A stretch of 64,000 nucleotides of DNA. Origin: Felis catus. Taxonomy: Eukaryota. Every line of letters starts with the position of its first letter. Positions within the stretch are counted from its first letter, which is position 1. Position numbers and translations under genes: made by a program. The stretch is from assembly GCF_018350175.1 (NCBI RefSeq), contig NC_058368.1:69070001-69134000 (forward strand), in the 5' to 3' direction. This document shows, in pieces, positions 63,941-64,000 of the stretch. The notes under the pieces were generated by a model, which was not told the DNA's origin, did no database searches, and saw only the letters and a list, made by a program, of their open reading frames with translations.

Positions 63941-64000
63941 CCTCAAGCTTGCTGGAAAGTTGCTTGGTTCTTAGCTCTGCCTACAACAGCTTTCCAAGTC

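Overview
Repeat-rich, non-coding mammalian genomic DNA from a feliform carnivore, most likely a felid. The assignment rests on about 27 tRNA-derived Can-SINEs of the feline SINEC_Fc type and on carnivore L1 3' ends. The largest feature is a full-length but disabled L1 (39593-46670, + strand, 16-bp TSD). It sits inside an MLT1 LTR and is itself interrupted by a SINE. The rest is older eutherian repeats (MIR, L2, L1M, MLT1/MLT2, MER34-like, LTR40-like, Tigger15a, MER63, MER5A, MER94, MADE2), microsatellites and short unique stretches. Repeat family names come from my recognition of consensus features, not from a search. I recognise no host protein-coding exon; almost all track ORFs are repeat-derived or chance frames. 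I found no well-supported new biological system. The best leads are: (i) three Can-SINEs with a second tail starting at the same internal site; (ii) a near-identical inverted SINE pair and a triple SINE nest; (iii) minus-strand exon-like segments at 48.5-63.5 kb, including a 14-nt micro-exon candidate, possibly a lncRNA or decayed gene; (iv) a CpG-enriched patch over ancient repeats; (v) a CTCF/tandem-ETS candidate element.
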